NCBI GenBank assembly: GCA_045159875.1
Contig: CP067995.1
Span: forward strand, 1,632,001-1,696,000
Source: a cyanobacterium endosymbiont of Rhopalodia gibba
GTDB taxonomy: Bacteria; Cyanobacteriota; Cyanobacteriia; Cyanobacteriales; Microcystaceae
DNA: 64,000 nucleotides
Direction: 5' to 3'
The translations under genes and the position numbers were made by a program. Under the pieces are notes generated by a model, which was given only the letters and a program-made list of their open reading frames with translations, had not been told where the DNA came from and searched no databases. Numbering within the stretch: position 1 is the stretch's first letter; every line of letters begins with the position of its first letter. Shown piece after piece: positions 22,110 through 33,381 of the stretch.

Positions 22110-22138
22110 ATAATATCATGGTAAATCTATTTCGTCAA
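22110..22138 (-). promoter_or_regulatory. sigma70-type promoter for the thrC-like/moaD operon
   Basis: Minus strand TTGACG (22138-22133) - 17 nt - TATTAT (22115-22110), with an extended -10 TG. Confidence 0.7.
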
Positions 22139-22140
22139 AT

Positions 22141-22165
22141 ATACCCGACTATTTTTGTCGGGATT
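22141..22165. promoter_or_regulatory. Palindromic operator resembling the IscR/Rrf2 type-1 site
   Basis: ATACCCGACTATTTTTGTCGGGATT contains CCCGAC-N7-GTCGGG and matches ATASYYGACTRWWWYAGTCRRSTAT at 22/25 positions. It abuts the -35 element. Confidence 0.55.
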
Positions 22166-23133
22166 AGTATTTGGAATATTTTTCTGTGTTTTTTCTACAC
22201 GAAAACAGATCTTAATCAAAATCCCCAAAAAAAAGACTATAAAAACTTAAAAATTCTTAATAATGCATTATCAAATCAATTATTTAAATACAGTAAACTC
22301 AGGGTAATTTGTCTCAAAATCTTAATTTTAGTTGATTGCAATCAACTAAAATTTTCTACGCTTATTTATGCTCAATTTTAATCATCTAAATAATACATAT
22401 TTATTTATAGAGGATATTAGTCAATAAATTCTCAGATGTCCATTGATTCAGATAATTTAGAAATTGTACTTAAATCGACTTAAATTAAATATATTGTCTA
22501 TAATCTAATGTTATCAAATACAAGGTGTAAAAATTAGATTTTGAACAAAAAATAAAATTCCTTATTTATCAAAATAATTAGACAAAATTAAAATATAAAT
22601 GTTATCTCTATATTTTGAATATATAAAATTTTTCATACTAAAACCAGCCAAATTGTAATATAAATTTATTTGGAAACATCATTAATACTAAGTAAACTAT
22701 TAAGAAGTTGAATATTTTTAAAATATCGTCTTCAAAATTTTGACGTCGATTAGTGTCAACGCTACTACATAATAAGTTTGTTAGAGTCTTTATTCATGAG
22801 CCTCACTTTTAAAATATCAAATATTAACTTATAAACATTGTTTTTTGTGCCTGTTAGCCTATTCACTTTTGATTAAGACAAAATTTAGAGCTCAGTTTTT
22901 CTTCCAAGATGATTAACTGTAGATTACTTAAATTTTTTTTAAAAAAACTTGAGACAGCTTGATACGAAAAAAGATGATTTTGGTAGACTACCTACTTGTT
23001 TTAACATTTTACCTAAACTTCCTCATATTCATAAATAATGATAGGGTTAGTTCTATTATAATTAATTGATGAATTAGAGTTTTATCTTCTAAATACCTCA
23101 AGTTATAACAAACGATTTCTCAAATAAACTATC

Positions 23134-24318
23134 ATGCTCAAAAAGCAGGTATTATTCATTAGTAATGGAACAGGAGAAGACCTTAATGCAAGTCTAATTC
23201 TCCAATCGTTAGTTAAAATTGCTCCCCGAATTAACATCGTGGCGATGGCGTTAGTAGGATCAGGAAACGCTTACCAGCGTTTGGGAATCACTCTGGTTGG
23301 ACCGAGACAAATGCTACCGTCTGGGGGAATTTTTTATACCCATTTTTTTAATTTAGTCAAAGATTTAGCATCAGGACTAGTGGGATTGACATTGCGTCAA
23401 ATTCAATTTTTGCTTAATTATCGTCATAATTGCGATTTTTGCATTGCTGTGGGGGATATTTTTCCTGTTACCATGGCATATCTCACTAACCGTCCTTTCG
23501 TAGCCTTTCTTGTGTCTACTTCCAGCTATTATGAGGGTAGATTGCGACTACCTGGGTTAACTCAATGGTGTTTGCGATCACATAGATGTCTAGCCGTATT
23601 TACACGCGATGCATTCACCGCCGAAGACTTACAACAGCAAGGTATGACTAAAGCCGTGTTTGCGGGTTATCCTATTCTAGATATCTTGTCTCCTGCAGGT
23701 AACGATTTAAACCTAGATCCCAAGATACCAACAATCGCCTTACTACCCGGAAGTCGTCTTCCTGAAGCTCTTCATAACCTAACATTACAATTGAAGGTAT
23801 GTGAGGCAATTAGTGAACTGGAAATAGTACAATTTCGAGTTCCTTTAGTGTCTAGTATCAGAGAAGAAGAACTACGAACTACTGTAAAAAGTCAGGGATG
23901 GGAATATCAGTCACCAGGAATATTCAGTAAAATCAAGCAGAATAAAACAATTGTTGTAAGGTGTTATTGGAACGCCTTTGCCGATATCTTACAACAATGC
24001 GATTTGGTTTTGGGGATGGCAGGAACAGCAGTAGAACAGGCAGTCGGTTTAGGAAAACCTATTGTACAGCTTCCAGGACACGGCCCTCAATTCACTTATG
24101 GTTTTGCTGATGCACAAATGCGATTGTTAGGAATTTCTGTGAAAACTATCGGGAAAACTCCAAATAATCCCACTCTATTTACGGATGCTGCCCACACCAT
24201 TCAAGCTATTCTTAAGGATCCCCAATATTTAGAAAAATGTTTAGAAAATGGGCAGCAACGGGTAGGAAAAAAAGGAGGCGCTGATAGCCTAGCAAATGCA
24301 ATTTCTCAATTTCTGTAA
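23134..24318 (+). CDS. Lipid-A-disaccharide synthase-related glycosyltransferase (TIGR03492-like)
   Basis: FISNGTGED, LPSGG, LLPGSR, MAGTAVEQAVGLGKP, GPQFTYGFA motifs. Confidence 0.85.
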   Translation: MLKKQVLFISNGTGEDLNASLILQSLVKIAPRINIVAMALVGSGNAYQRLGITLVGPRQMLPSGGIFYTHFFNLVKDLASGLVGLTLRQIQFLLNYRHNCDFCIAVGDIFPVTMAYLTNRPFVAFLVSTSSYYEGRLRLPGLTQWCLRSHRCLAVFTRDAFTAEDLQQQGMTKAVFAGYPILDILSPAGNDLNLDPKIPTIALLPGSRLPEALHNLTLQLKVCEAISELEIVQFRVPLVSSIREEELRTTVKSQGWEYQSPGIFSKIKQNKTIVVRCYWNAFADILQQCDLVLGMAGTAVEQAVGLGKPIVQLPGHGPQFTYGFADAQMRLLGISVKTIGKTPNNPTLFTDAAHTIQAILKDPQYLEKCLENGQQRVGKKGGADSLANAISQFL

Positions 24319-24440
24319 CTTCAACACTTAACTTTAGCTAACAAAAACATAGTTTAATCTATTGCCATCTGTCCTTATTCAGGTTATTCTTTTCGGAATT
24401 GTATATAAACATGACATATTAGTAGGATTATGATGCCACT

Positions 24441-24986
24441 ATGGAACGACGAGGCGTAACTATTTGGTTAACTGGATTAAGTGGTGCTGGAAAAAGTACC
24501 ATCACTCATGTTTTAGGAAAAAAATTGAGTGATAGAGGCTATTCTGTCGAGATTCTTGATGGAGATATTGTTAGAACAAATTTGACAAAAGGGTTAGGTT
24601 TTTCTAAGGAGGATCGTGATACAAACATTCGTCGTATCGGTTTTGTCGCTAGTTTATTAACCCGTCATGGAGTAATTGTTCTTGTTTCTGCTATTTCTCC
24701 CTATCGTGACATTCGGGATGAAGTTCGAGCCAGAATTGGAAACTTTGTAGAAGTTTTTGTCAATGCTCCCTTGGATGTGTGTGAAGATCGTGATGTCAAA
24801 GGATTGTACAAACGTGCTCGCTCGGGAGAGATCAAGTCTTTTACTGGAATTGATGACCCGTATGAATGTCCCTTGAACCCCGAAATAGAATGCCGGACTG
24901 ATTTAGAACCCCTCGAAGAAAGTGTCGATAAAATTTGGCAAAAACTTAGAGAAATGGGATATTTGGCTGAATCTCTAGCAGTTTAA
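24441..24986 (+). CDS. cysC: Adenylyl-sulfate kinase
   Basis: [13 protein letters not shown]-loop, [23 protein letters not shown]. Confidence 0.97.
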   Translation: MERRGVTIWLTGLSGAGKSTITHVLGKKLSDRGYSVEILDGDIVRTNLTKGLGFSKEDRDTNIRRIGFVASLLTRHGVIVLVSAISPYRDIRDEVRARIGNFVEVFVNAPLDVCEDRDVKGLYKRARSGEIKSFTGIDDPYECPLNPEIECRTDLEPLEESVDKIWQKLREMGYLAESLAV

Positions 24987-25066
24987 TATGCATTAGCTTA
25001 AAGAATTTTAATGAAAATTTTTGTTTCTAAAAAGAGATAGACTTAACCTTAAGTTAGCAACTTGAC

Positions 25067-25113
25067 AAAAAGAGTATTGAATCATAGTTTTTCTATGATT
25101 CAATACTCTTTTT
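25067..25113. repeat. Perfect 21-bp-arm inverted repeat with 5-nt loop (possible terminator after cysC)
   Basis: AAAAAGAGTATTGAATCATAG / TTTTT / CTATGATTCAATACTCTTTTT. Confidence 0.93.
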
Positions 25114-26117
25114 ATAGAAAAAATATATTAGCATGTTATAGTCTGTAACAAACCAAAAATTACCTATTGATAGATTTATTTCAAAATAAGCTATTAAAAA
25201 TACAAAGTAATTATTAAAAATAAAAAATAGAGACTTGATATGTTAATCTGGAGGAAAGGTTCGTCCAAATAAAAGATAGTAATTAGAACTTATATCAAGA
25301 AATAAACAGCTTAATTTTAATATTAAAGCTGTAATTATTTTCCAAGACGTTTGAAGATTTATCTCATGACCAGAAAGATTAGAAACAGCTAAAAATAGAC
25401 AAGTCTCAATACTGAAAAAGAGAATACTAGTTCAGCTAAAAGAAAAAGGGAACTCGTTTATTTAAAAAAGTTTAGTAAAGTTAAAGTATTGATTTTTTTT
25501 GAAAACTGATATAGTTCAACTTTATTTTTCCAAAAGAATTGAGAGTCAAACGGAGTTGGTAAAAGTTTAGTCCTTGAATTTAGAGAAGTCTGTTGTGTTA
25601 TTAAATCTTACTGCTGGTTTTTAAAGTAATTATGTAGAATCTATAGTTAGAATATCCGAGGCGACTTTGACTCGTTTTTTCAGTGTCATGAGAGTTTTTA
25701 TTGGGTTAGAGTTTGTGATGTCAAAAAAAAAATTAGATTGACAATTGATACTAAATTTACAAAAAATTATCTTTTGGAGTTAACCTCAACTTAATTCGAG
25801 AGCATTGAAACTAAAATTTAGCTCTCTTTATTTTTTAAAATATTTACTTGTTGTTCAAAACAATTAAATTGTTAGAAATACTATGACGATCATTTTATTC
25901 ATTCTAAGATACACATATTTAACACAATTTATCAATTTATAACTACTATAGATGACTATAAAATACGATAATAAAAGAAATTATGGGACTATCTCTTCCC
26001 ATCGTTACACAAGAGTGGGATGATAAGTACAAACCTTGGGGTAGCCTGCAGTTGGTAGTTACCAAACTCAGTACCCATCGTTGTCTTAGTTATCGTAAGT
26101 TTATTCTAGGAAAAGTT

Positions 26118-28124
26118 ATGGTCGTTGCTACCCAGTCACTCGAAGAACTGTGCATTAATTCTATCCGCTTTTTAGCCATTGATGCTGTTGAAAAAGCTAA
26201 ATCTGGACATCCAGGATTGCCAATGGGGGCAGCTCCAATGGCATTTGTCCTTTGGGATAAGTTCATGCGACACAACCCAAAAAATCCTAAATGGTTAAAC
26301 CGTGATCGCTTTGTCCTCTCAGCTGGACATGGCTGTATGCTTCACTATGCTCTGTTACATCTAACCGGATATGACAGTGTTTCCATCGATGACGTTAAGC
26401 AATTCCGTCAATGGGGATCACAAACCCCTGGACACCCTGAAAACCACGTTACTGAAGGAATTGAAGTTACCACCGGACCTTTGGGACAAGGGATTGCTAA
26501 CGGAGTTGGGTTAGCCCTAGCTGAAGCTCATTTAGCCGCTAGATTCAATAAACCAGATTGTAAGCTTATCGATCAATATACCTATGTAATATTGGGTGAT
26601 GGCTGCAACATGGAGGGAATTTCTGGAGAAGCCTGTTCTTTAGCTGGACATTGGGGCTTAGGTAAGCTAATCGCTTTATATGACGATAACCATATCTCAA
26701 TCGATGGGTCTACCGATCTTGCCTTCACTGAAGATGTCTCTAAACGCTTTGAGGCTTATGGTTGGCATGTTCAGCACGTCAAAGATGGAAATACAGACTT
26801 AGATAGTATTGCTAGAGCTATTGAAGTAGCCAAAGCAGTTACCGACAAGCCTTCTTTAATCAAAGTTACCACTACCATTGGTTATGGTTCTCCTAACAAA
26901 GCTAACAGTCACGATGTCCATGGGGCAGCTTTAGGGGCTGATGAGGTTAAGGCTACCCGTGAGCACTTAGGATGGAAATATGCTCCATTTAGTCTCCCAT
27001 CTGATGCCCTAGAGCATTTTCGCAAGTCCGTTAGTCGCGGCGCTAGCTACGAAGCAGAATGGAATAAGTTGTTTACTCAGTACAAAACTAAATATCCTGA
27101 AGATGCTGCTCTCCTAGAACGGATGGTCAGTGGCAATTTACCTGATGGATGGAATAAAGCCCTTCCTGTTTATACCCCCGAAATTAAAAAGGATGCTACC
27201 CGTAACCAATCAGGCATAACCTTGAATGCAATTGCTGGCGTGCTACCTGAACTAATCGGTGGATCAGCTGACTTAGCCCCCTCTAATAAGACCTTACTTA
27301 AGGGTATTGGAGATTTCCAAAAAGGACAATACCAAAATCGTAACATCCGTTTTGGAGTACGCGAACACGGTATGGGAGCTATTTGTAACGGAATAGCCGC
27401 ACATGGATCCGGGCTAATTCCTTACGGTGCAACTTTCCTGGTTTTTACTGACTACATGCGTAATGCTATTCGTCTCTCTGCTTTAGCGGAAGCAGGAGTT
27501 ATTTGGGTCATGACCCATGACTCTGTGGCTTTAGGAGAAGATGGACCTACTCACCAACCAGTTGAGCATATTGCCTCTTTACGGTTAATTCCTAACTTGA
27601 TTGTGATTCGTCCTGCGGATGGTAATGAAACTTCCGGTGCTTATAAAATTGCAATAGAAAATCGTCATCGCCCCACTTTGTTAGCATTATCTCGCCAAGA
27701 ATTACCTAACTTAGCTGGAAGTTCTATTGATGCAGTAGCAAAAGGTGCTTATATCGTCAGTAACTGTGATGGAACGCCTGATATCATTCTCATCGGAACT
27801 GGCAGCGAAGTAGAACTCTGTCTTAATGCAGCAGAAGTCTTAACCGGGGAAGGTAAGAAGGTTCGAGTTGTTTCTATGCCTACCTGGGAATTATTTGAAG
27901 AACAAGATGCAGCTTATAAAGAGTCTGTTCTTCCTAAAGCAGTTAAAAAACGTCTCGCCGTTGAAGCAGGAGTTAGCTTTGGATGGTGTCGTTATGTTGG
28001 GGATGAAGGCGCAAGTATCAGTATTGATACTTTTGGTGCTTCTGCTCCTGGTGATATCGTACTTAAGAAATTTGGCTATACCGTTGAGAACGTCGTTGCC
28101 AAAGCGAAAGAAGTTTTAAGTTAA
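26118..28124 (+). CDS. tkt: Transketolase
   Basis: [36 protein letters not shown] (TPP), [24 protein letters not shown]. Start set at ATG 26118 (MVVATQ). Confidence 0.97.
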   Translation: MVVATQSLEELCINSIRFLAIDAVEKAKSGHPGLPMGAAPMAFVLWDKFMRHNPKNPKWLNRDRFVLSAGHGCMLHYALLHLTGYDSVSIDDVKQFRQWGSQTPGHPENHVTEGIEVTTGPLGQGIANGVGLALAEAHLAARFNKPDCKLIDQYTYVILGDGCNMEGISGEACSLAGHWGLGKLIALYDDNHISIDGSTDLAFTEDVSKRFEAYGWHVQHVKDGNTDLDSIARAIEVAKAVTDKPSLIKVTTTIGYGSPNKANSHDVHGAALGADEVKATREHLGWKYAPFSLPSDALEHFRKSVSRGASYEAEWNKLFTQYKTKYPEDAALLERMVSGNLPDGWNKALPVYTPEIKKDATRNQSGITLNAIAGVLPELIGGSADLAPSNKTLLKGIGDFQKGQYQNRNIRFGVREHGMGAICNGIAAHGSGLIPYGATFLVFTDYMRNAIRLSALAEAGVIWVMTHDSVALGEDGPTHQPVEHIASLRLIPNLIVIRPADGNETSGAYKIAIENRHRPTLLALSRQELPNLAGSSIDAVAKGAYIVSNCDGTPDIILIGTGSEVELCLNAAEVLTGEGKKVRVVSMPTWELFEEQDAAYKESVLPKAVKKRLAVEAGVSFGWCRYVGDEGASISIDTFGASAPGDIVLKKFGYTVENVVAKAKEVLS

Positions 28125-28149
28125 TTTATATTTCTGTCATTAACTTAAC

Positions 28150-28190
28150 TAATAGCTCTCTAAGATTTTAGAGGGCTATTATGTTTTTTT
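28150..28190 (+). terminator. Intrinsic terminator of tkt
   Basis: TAATAGCTCTCTAA/TTAGAGGGCTATTA stem (one G-U) followed by a T run, about 25 nt after the stop codon. Confidence 0.75.
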
Positions 28191-28859
28191 ATATTTATAA
28201 AAAATTTTCATAAATTATCATAAGCAACTATGTTATGAGCATTAATATATAGACAAGTATATCTTAATTATTTTAAGAAAAAAATATCTTTTTTAAAAAA
28301 ATAGTTTTTCTATCCAACAAAAATTAGCACTGAAAATAAGCTAATTAATCATTAGATCTGCCATCCTATTGTCGTTAATCTAATAGCGTTAGCTTTATCT
28401 TTTATCTTCCGAGAGACTTTTTTAGCATTACTTAATAAAAATAAAATTCTTTTTTCCATTAACTTAAAAAATACTCTTAAGTTAGAAACTAATATTAGTT
28501 AATTACAATTCTTGTAACTAACTCTATTAACCTACTTTAGAATCTGTTTGCAAATCTTACTTTTAAGTAAGTAAAACACATCTAAATAGTGCTTTTTATT
28601 AACATTTAATCACTGAATTCACTATCATCTTTCTGCTAAAGATCAACATACTATTGAATAGTATTTTTAAATAAAAATTGTGTTGTAAAATCTCTAAATA
28701 GAGATAAATTAATTTTTAAAAAATTTAGTAAATACTTTGTTAATGTTAAATATATTTATTACAAATAAACGTAATTATTTAATCTCTTTTATTTATTTAC
28801 TGATAATACTTTTTATTATATAAATCAATATATAAAGATAAAAAATGCGAAAACCCGTG

Positions 28860-28899
28860 AGTTACTTAATCGTTGTTTTAAAACAACGATTAAGTAACT
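28860..28899. repeat. Perfect 40-bp palindrome (no loop)
   Basis: AGTTACTTAATCGTTGTTTT|AAAACAACGATTAAGTAACT. Confidence 0.95.
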
Positions 28900-28984
28900 A
28901 AATAAATGAGGTGTAACTTTAATAAAGCAGCAATCTTCTAAACTAAAAATTTTATTTTATCTAAAAAAGAAACCGAATCAGTTT

Positions 28985-29450
28985 AAGACAACACTAATAC
29001 AACCCTAGCAGCCAATAAGGGGATTGATTAATTATAATTATTTCTTCCTCAAAGTATGTGCATTCAATAACGCAGCAGTTACCCCAATGAAATAAGCATG
29101 ATCCGAGGATATCCTCAACCCAACAGCCGACTTACATTCTATCGCCTCAACACCTCAATAAATGAGCCTGATTTAAGAATATTACAAGGTAGGTACCTGC
29201 GGTATCAACTTCTGTCCACCTTTGTCAGCCGACCGAGATTGCTAACAATCTAATATAAAATTTTTTACATTACCTTGTCCCAAGGTTTTAGATATTCCTA
29301 ATGTTTCTCCTACAGTTAAAACAGCAAAAATACGGGAAAGGTATAATTGCTATAGAATAGTTGCATTAATAAAGTTACCTTGGTAAAATAAGCTTTGCCA
29401 TAACTGAACAAAACTTCGAGGACATTCACACAAGTAAGGTATAAAGTATA
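28985..29450 (-). pseudogene. Degraded FecCD/BtuC-family (siderophore/cobalamin) ABC permease
   Basis: Minus-strand fragments QLWQSLF..NATIL*QLYLSRIFAVLTVGETLGIS (cf. IxWQLRLPRIxAALxVGAALGxSG), RWTEVDTAGTY (cf. GWxEVxxAGPY) and FIGVTAALL, with stops and large deletions. Ends approximate. Confidence 0.6.
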
Positions 29451-30112
29451 CTTAATAAGTATCCTCTCATTCATTAAGATAACTGCTAAAACAATCTAAT
29501 AATTTTTAAGTGTCAATCTTATATCGACTTAATGATAAATTTCCAAATACAGAATATAGTATCTCATCTGAACCCGTTCTGACCATACATAATTCATACT
29601 CTAATCATAAATATTTGGGCATGGTTTTTCAGTCCAAATTGTAAATTACGGGAATAGTGTCTTAAATAAAAAGCATCGTTCAGTTCACCTTTATGATTGT
29701 TCAATCAGTAAAATTGTCTTTTCCTCTATAAGACAAAAGTGACCCCAGATGGGGAATCTCTAGCCACATCGTCCGTTTAGCTGTTTCTATATATAGATAT
29801 AGTGGTTGATTTCGCAACAGTGTTTGGTAGATATATGTGTAAATAAAAGCATAAATAACCTTCTCAGCATAACGTCGCAGAAGTTGCAACGGGAAGAAGA
29901 ATAAATAAATCGGTTAAGATTTAAGCCAAAAAGATAGAATAGTAGTTATGAGTAGACATAGAACACGCGGGTTAGGAAAGATATTTTTCTCAGAGCAAAT
30001 CCCAAAGTCAAAATCTACAACGTCCTATACGGCGGAGATTGTCACAAAATATTCATCGAGGGGTTGCTAAATTTACAGATTTATTGTTAGAATTAGCGAT
30101 GGCAACAAGTAA

Positions 30113-30184
30113 TCCTCAGTAGCTCAGCGGTAGAGCGGTCGACTGTTAATCGATTGGTCGTAGGTTCGAATCCTACCTGGGGAG
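30113..30184 (+). tRNA. trnN: tRNA-Asn(GTT)
   Basis: 72-nt cloverleaf: TCCTCAG/CTGGGGA acceptor, GCTC/GAGC D-arm, CTGTTAA anticodon loop, TTCGAAT T-loop, no encoded CCA. Upstream TTGCTA-N18-TAGAAT promoter (30064-30093). Confidence 0.98.
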
Positions 30185-30425
30185 TCTATCTAGAATATAT
30201 ACAACTTTTTTATTAGCGATGGGTTGGTTGGATTTGTCTTTGAGCTTGGGATGAGCAATAAAGATATTATCAAAATCTGCTTTATTTAAAAATGAACAAC
30301 CCATTTTTCTAAAACTGTCTCAAGTTAATTTTTTGCACATTGTCATCCAAGTTTGATAATATTTATAAATTTCGTTTAACTAGCCTGATTTTAAGTTAAT
30401 ATAAGAGATAAGGAATCATAATCTA

Positions 30426-32067
30426 ATGCAAGACTTGACAAGATGGTATCATTATTGTTAGCGGTGAGTTAGGTGGATGTCGCGCCGTCCTAGAAATTTA
30501 AAGCCTTATCCCCACAGTTAATGTAACTGTTGTTGTAGCCAAAACTCATCCTATTCGATCACACTCAGTAGCAGCAGAAGGAAGAATTGCTACCAGTTTT
30601 AAAAATGTTGATTCTAAAGACAGTTGGAAGTTTCATACCTTTGATACAGTGAAAGGTTCAGACTATCTCGCCGATAAAATGCAGTTATCTTATTGACCCA
30701 GGAAACTCCTGATGTGATTATCGACTTAGAATATTTGGGGGTACTATCTTCTCGTTTAGAAAATAACAAAAGTACTTAACAAGCTTTTGATGGTCATACC
30801 CACAACTGCACTTGTAATGAAGTTACTATCTATGATGAATGGTATGTGATGCAATTAATTATTGAAGAAGGAAATTCAAAAGGGATCATCATGTATCGTA
30901 TCGAAGATAATAGAAAACTTAAAATTATCCCAAGTAAAGTAGTCATGTTTGCTACAAAGGGGTTATGGACAAGTATTCAATACGACCTCTAATGATTATG
31001 CATCTACAGGGGACGGGTTGTCCATGTTTGCAATGGCGGATATCCCTTTAGAAGATATGGAATTTGTTCAGTTTCACCCTACCGGATTGTATCCCGTTGG
31101 GGTCTTGATTTGCGAAGCTATACGAGGAGAAGGGTCCACCTCATTAACAGCGAAGGAAGCCGGTTTATGGAGGATTTACTGATTTACCCACTTTCGTATG
31201 GAATAGACTTCTCGTTATATTACTTCTCGTGCTATTAACTGTAAAATTTTGGTAGAACGAGGAGTCTATCCTGATAGCAGTCCGAATTGACCTTGTTGTT
31301 GGGAAGAAGCAAGTATATTAACTTGTGGGAGTGGACGCAATCCATGAACCCACGCGAGTCCGTCCCACTGTTCGTTATTGTATGGGAGGGATTCTAGTAA
31401 ATACTCAATGCCGTGTACCCTTGAGTGGAACTCAATTAATAAAAGGGTTTTTTCCGGCTGGAGAATGTGCTTGTCTCCCAGTTTATGGGACAAACCGTCT
31501 AGGTAAGTAATTCCTTATTAGAATGTGTGGTTTATGAACGTATCACATGCAGAAATATTGCCGAATATGTCTAAGATCACAAGTTTTCTAAAATTAACTA
31601 TCACGCTTATTTAGATAAAGCAAAAAAACGAATCTAAAGTTGTTTAAACAAAGAAAGTACTATTAGGTTAGGAGTATTGCCACAGCAATTTTAAACCGGT
31701 ATAATTTACTATTGTGGAATGTTTTGTAAGGAAAAGAAAATAAAGGAGTAATTAGCAAAAATTCAGCAATTTAGGCGATAGTATAAACAAGTTTATCTTG
31801 ACAACAAAGATTATTTTTGAAATACGGAATTAATTGAGTGAATAAAATTACAAAGTATTATGATGGCAGAGGAAATTATTCTTACTTCTACTTTAAGTTT
31901 TAAGTTATCAAGAAAGTCGAGGGGCGCATTCACGCAAGGATTATACTCAAAGAGATACTCTCAAGTTCTTCAAACATACTTTAGCCTATTATTCCCATGT
32001 AAAAATTCACATTCAATATATGCCTGTGGCGATTAATATGTTTGAACTGAATGAAAGAAAATATTGA
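30426..32067 (+). pseudogene. sdhA: Succinate dehydrogenase/fumarate reductase flavoprotein subunit, pseudogene
   Basis: Fragments KTHPIRSHSVAAEG, DTVKGSDYLAD, EDMEFVQFHPTGL, RVRPTVRYCMGGI, AGECAC..GTNRLG, ESRGAHSR and ...ERKY* span the whole gene, with many stops, frameshifts and internal deletions. Confidence 0.93.
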
Positions 32068-32187
32068 TTCTTAAGGTAGGCATCTCCCACTTATTTTAAG
32101 TGAATTAATTTAATTAACCTGATTGTTATTTCTGACATTGACAAAGACCACTTTTTATAAATTTATTAACTTTTGACAAAGTTACTG

Positions 32188-33381
32188 TTAGTCAATCTCT
32201 GTAACTCGCCAACTTAATTTAAGATTAAACCAAAAATTCCAAAGAGTCACTAGGGCAATCGATAATAAGTTTGCGATGTATCTATTATAGTCAAAAATAC
32301 TAACAAATATATTTAAAAATAATACATTAAGAACTAATCCTGCCAAACAAATTAAATTAAATTTAATTAAGCGTTTTAATTTTTGTCTTTTTCCTGGTTG
32401 TCGGAGGGAAATATCTCCAAATGTCCAATAATCATTCCAGAAAAAATTATTAATAACAGCTAACTCAGCCGCGATAATTTTACTCCGTGTTAAAGGTAAT
32501 TCTGGTCCAATATTATTACTTAATAGATAAAGAAATCCCATGTCAACAATAACACCAGTTAATCCAACTAAACTAAACTTGATAAATCGGGCTGAAATTG
32601 ATAAGCGTAAGCCCAATAAATGCTGAATATATTCTACATATTGTTTCCAAGTGACCTTACTCTCTCCATCCTGACGTTCTCGAAACACATAACCTACTTC
32701 AGCAATCCAACTAATACAACCTCTTGCAGCTACCTCAATGAGGATTTTGTATCCCACTGGACTCAAAGCCTTGCAAGCTATAGCATTACGACGCACCATA
32801 AAATAGCCACTCATAGGGTCAGAAAGGCGACTAATAACTTCTGGGAGAATTATCAGTCCTAATATTTGCGCCCCACGGGAGAGAAAGCGACGCAAAATGC
32901 TCCATTCACTGACACCTCCTCCTTCAACATGACGACTAGCAACAGCTAAATCAGCTCCCCTTTCCATTTCTTCCAATAGTTCTTCTAACACTTCTGGGGG
33001 ATGCTGTAAGTCTGCATCAATGACCCCTAAAATTTCTCCTTGCGCTACTTGCCACCCTCGAATAACTGCCGTTGATAAACCCTTTTCCTCAACACGGCGC
33101 ATCACATACAATTGGGGATAATTAGAGGTTAATTCTAAAGCTAATTGCCAGGTATGATCAGGACTATCGTCATCAACAATTATTAGTTCATAACGTCCTG
33201 GCATATATTGGTCCAGCAACTGACTTAAAATTTCAACGATATCCTTAATGTTCCCAGCTTCATTATAAGTTGGAAGAATGAGAGATAATTTTGGAAGACA
33301 ATCGCGAGCAATTTCTTTAGTTGGACAAAAGTAAGGAATTTTTAAAGTCCCAGAGGGAGTAGAGAGAAGAGATTGATTCAT
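32188..33381 (-). CDS. GT2 polyprenol-phosphate glycosyltransferase (DPM1-like) fused to a GtrA flippase-like domain
   Basis: ILPTYNEA, VDDDSPD, DADLQHPPE, DPMSGYF, then C-terminal GtrA helices (FSLVGLTG...NNFFWNDYWTF). Confidence 0.9.
   Translation of the reverse strand: MNQSLLSTPSGTLKIPYFCPTKEIARDCLPKLSLILPTYNEAGNIKDIVEILSQLLDQYMPGRYELIIVDDDSPDHTWQLALELTSNYPQLYVMRRVEEKGLSTAVIRGWQVAQGEILGVIDADLQHPPEVLEELLEEMERGADLAVASRHVEGGGVSEWSILRRFLSRGAQILGLIILPEVISRLSDPMSGYFMVRRNAIACKALSPVGYKILIEVAARGCISWIAEVGYVFRERQDGESKVTWKQYVEYIQHLLGLRLSISARFIKFSLVGLTGVIVDMGFLYLLSNNIGPELPLTRSKIIAAELAVINNFFWNDYWTFGDISLRQPGKRQKLKRLIKFNLICLAGLVLNVLFLNIFVSIFDYNRYIANLLSIALVTLWNFWFNLKLSWRVTEID

Noticed and set aside
25983..26117. 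45-aa N-terminal extension of transketolase (likewise the extensions on aspS, rbp, ktrB and murJ in the ORF track)
   Set aside because: Homology begins at the downstream starts. The extensions are just open upstream frames, not targeting peptides.
29690..29930. Possible cobalamin riboswitch upstream of the BtuC/FecCD-like relic
   Set aside because: The position is suggestive, but I could not find the conserved B12-box or core motifs in the correct order on the minus strand.
30949..31510. ORFs 30949-31182 and 31325-31510 as separate genes
   Set aside because: They are fragments of the sdhA pseudogene.
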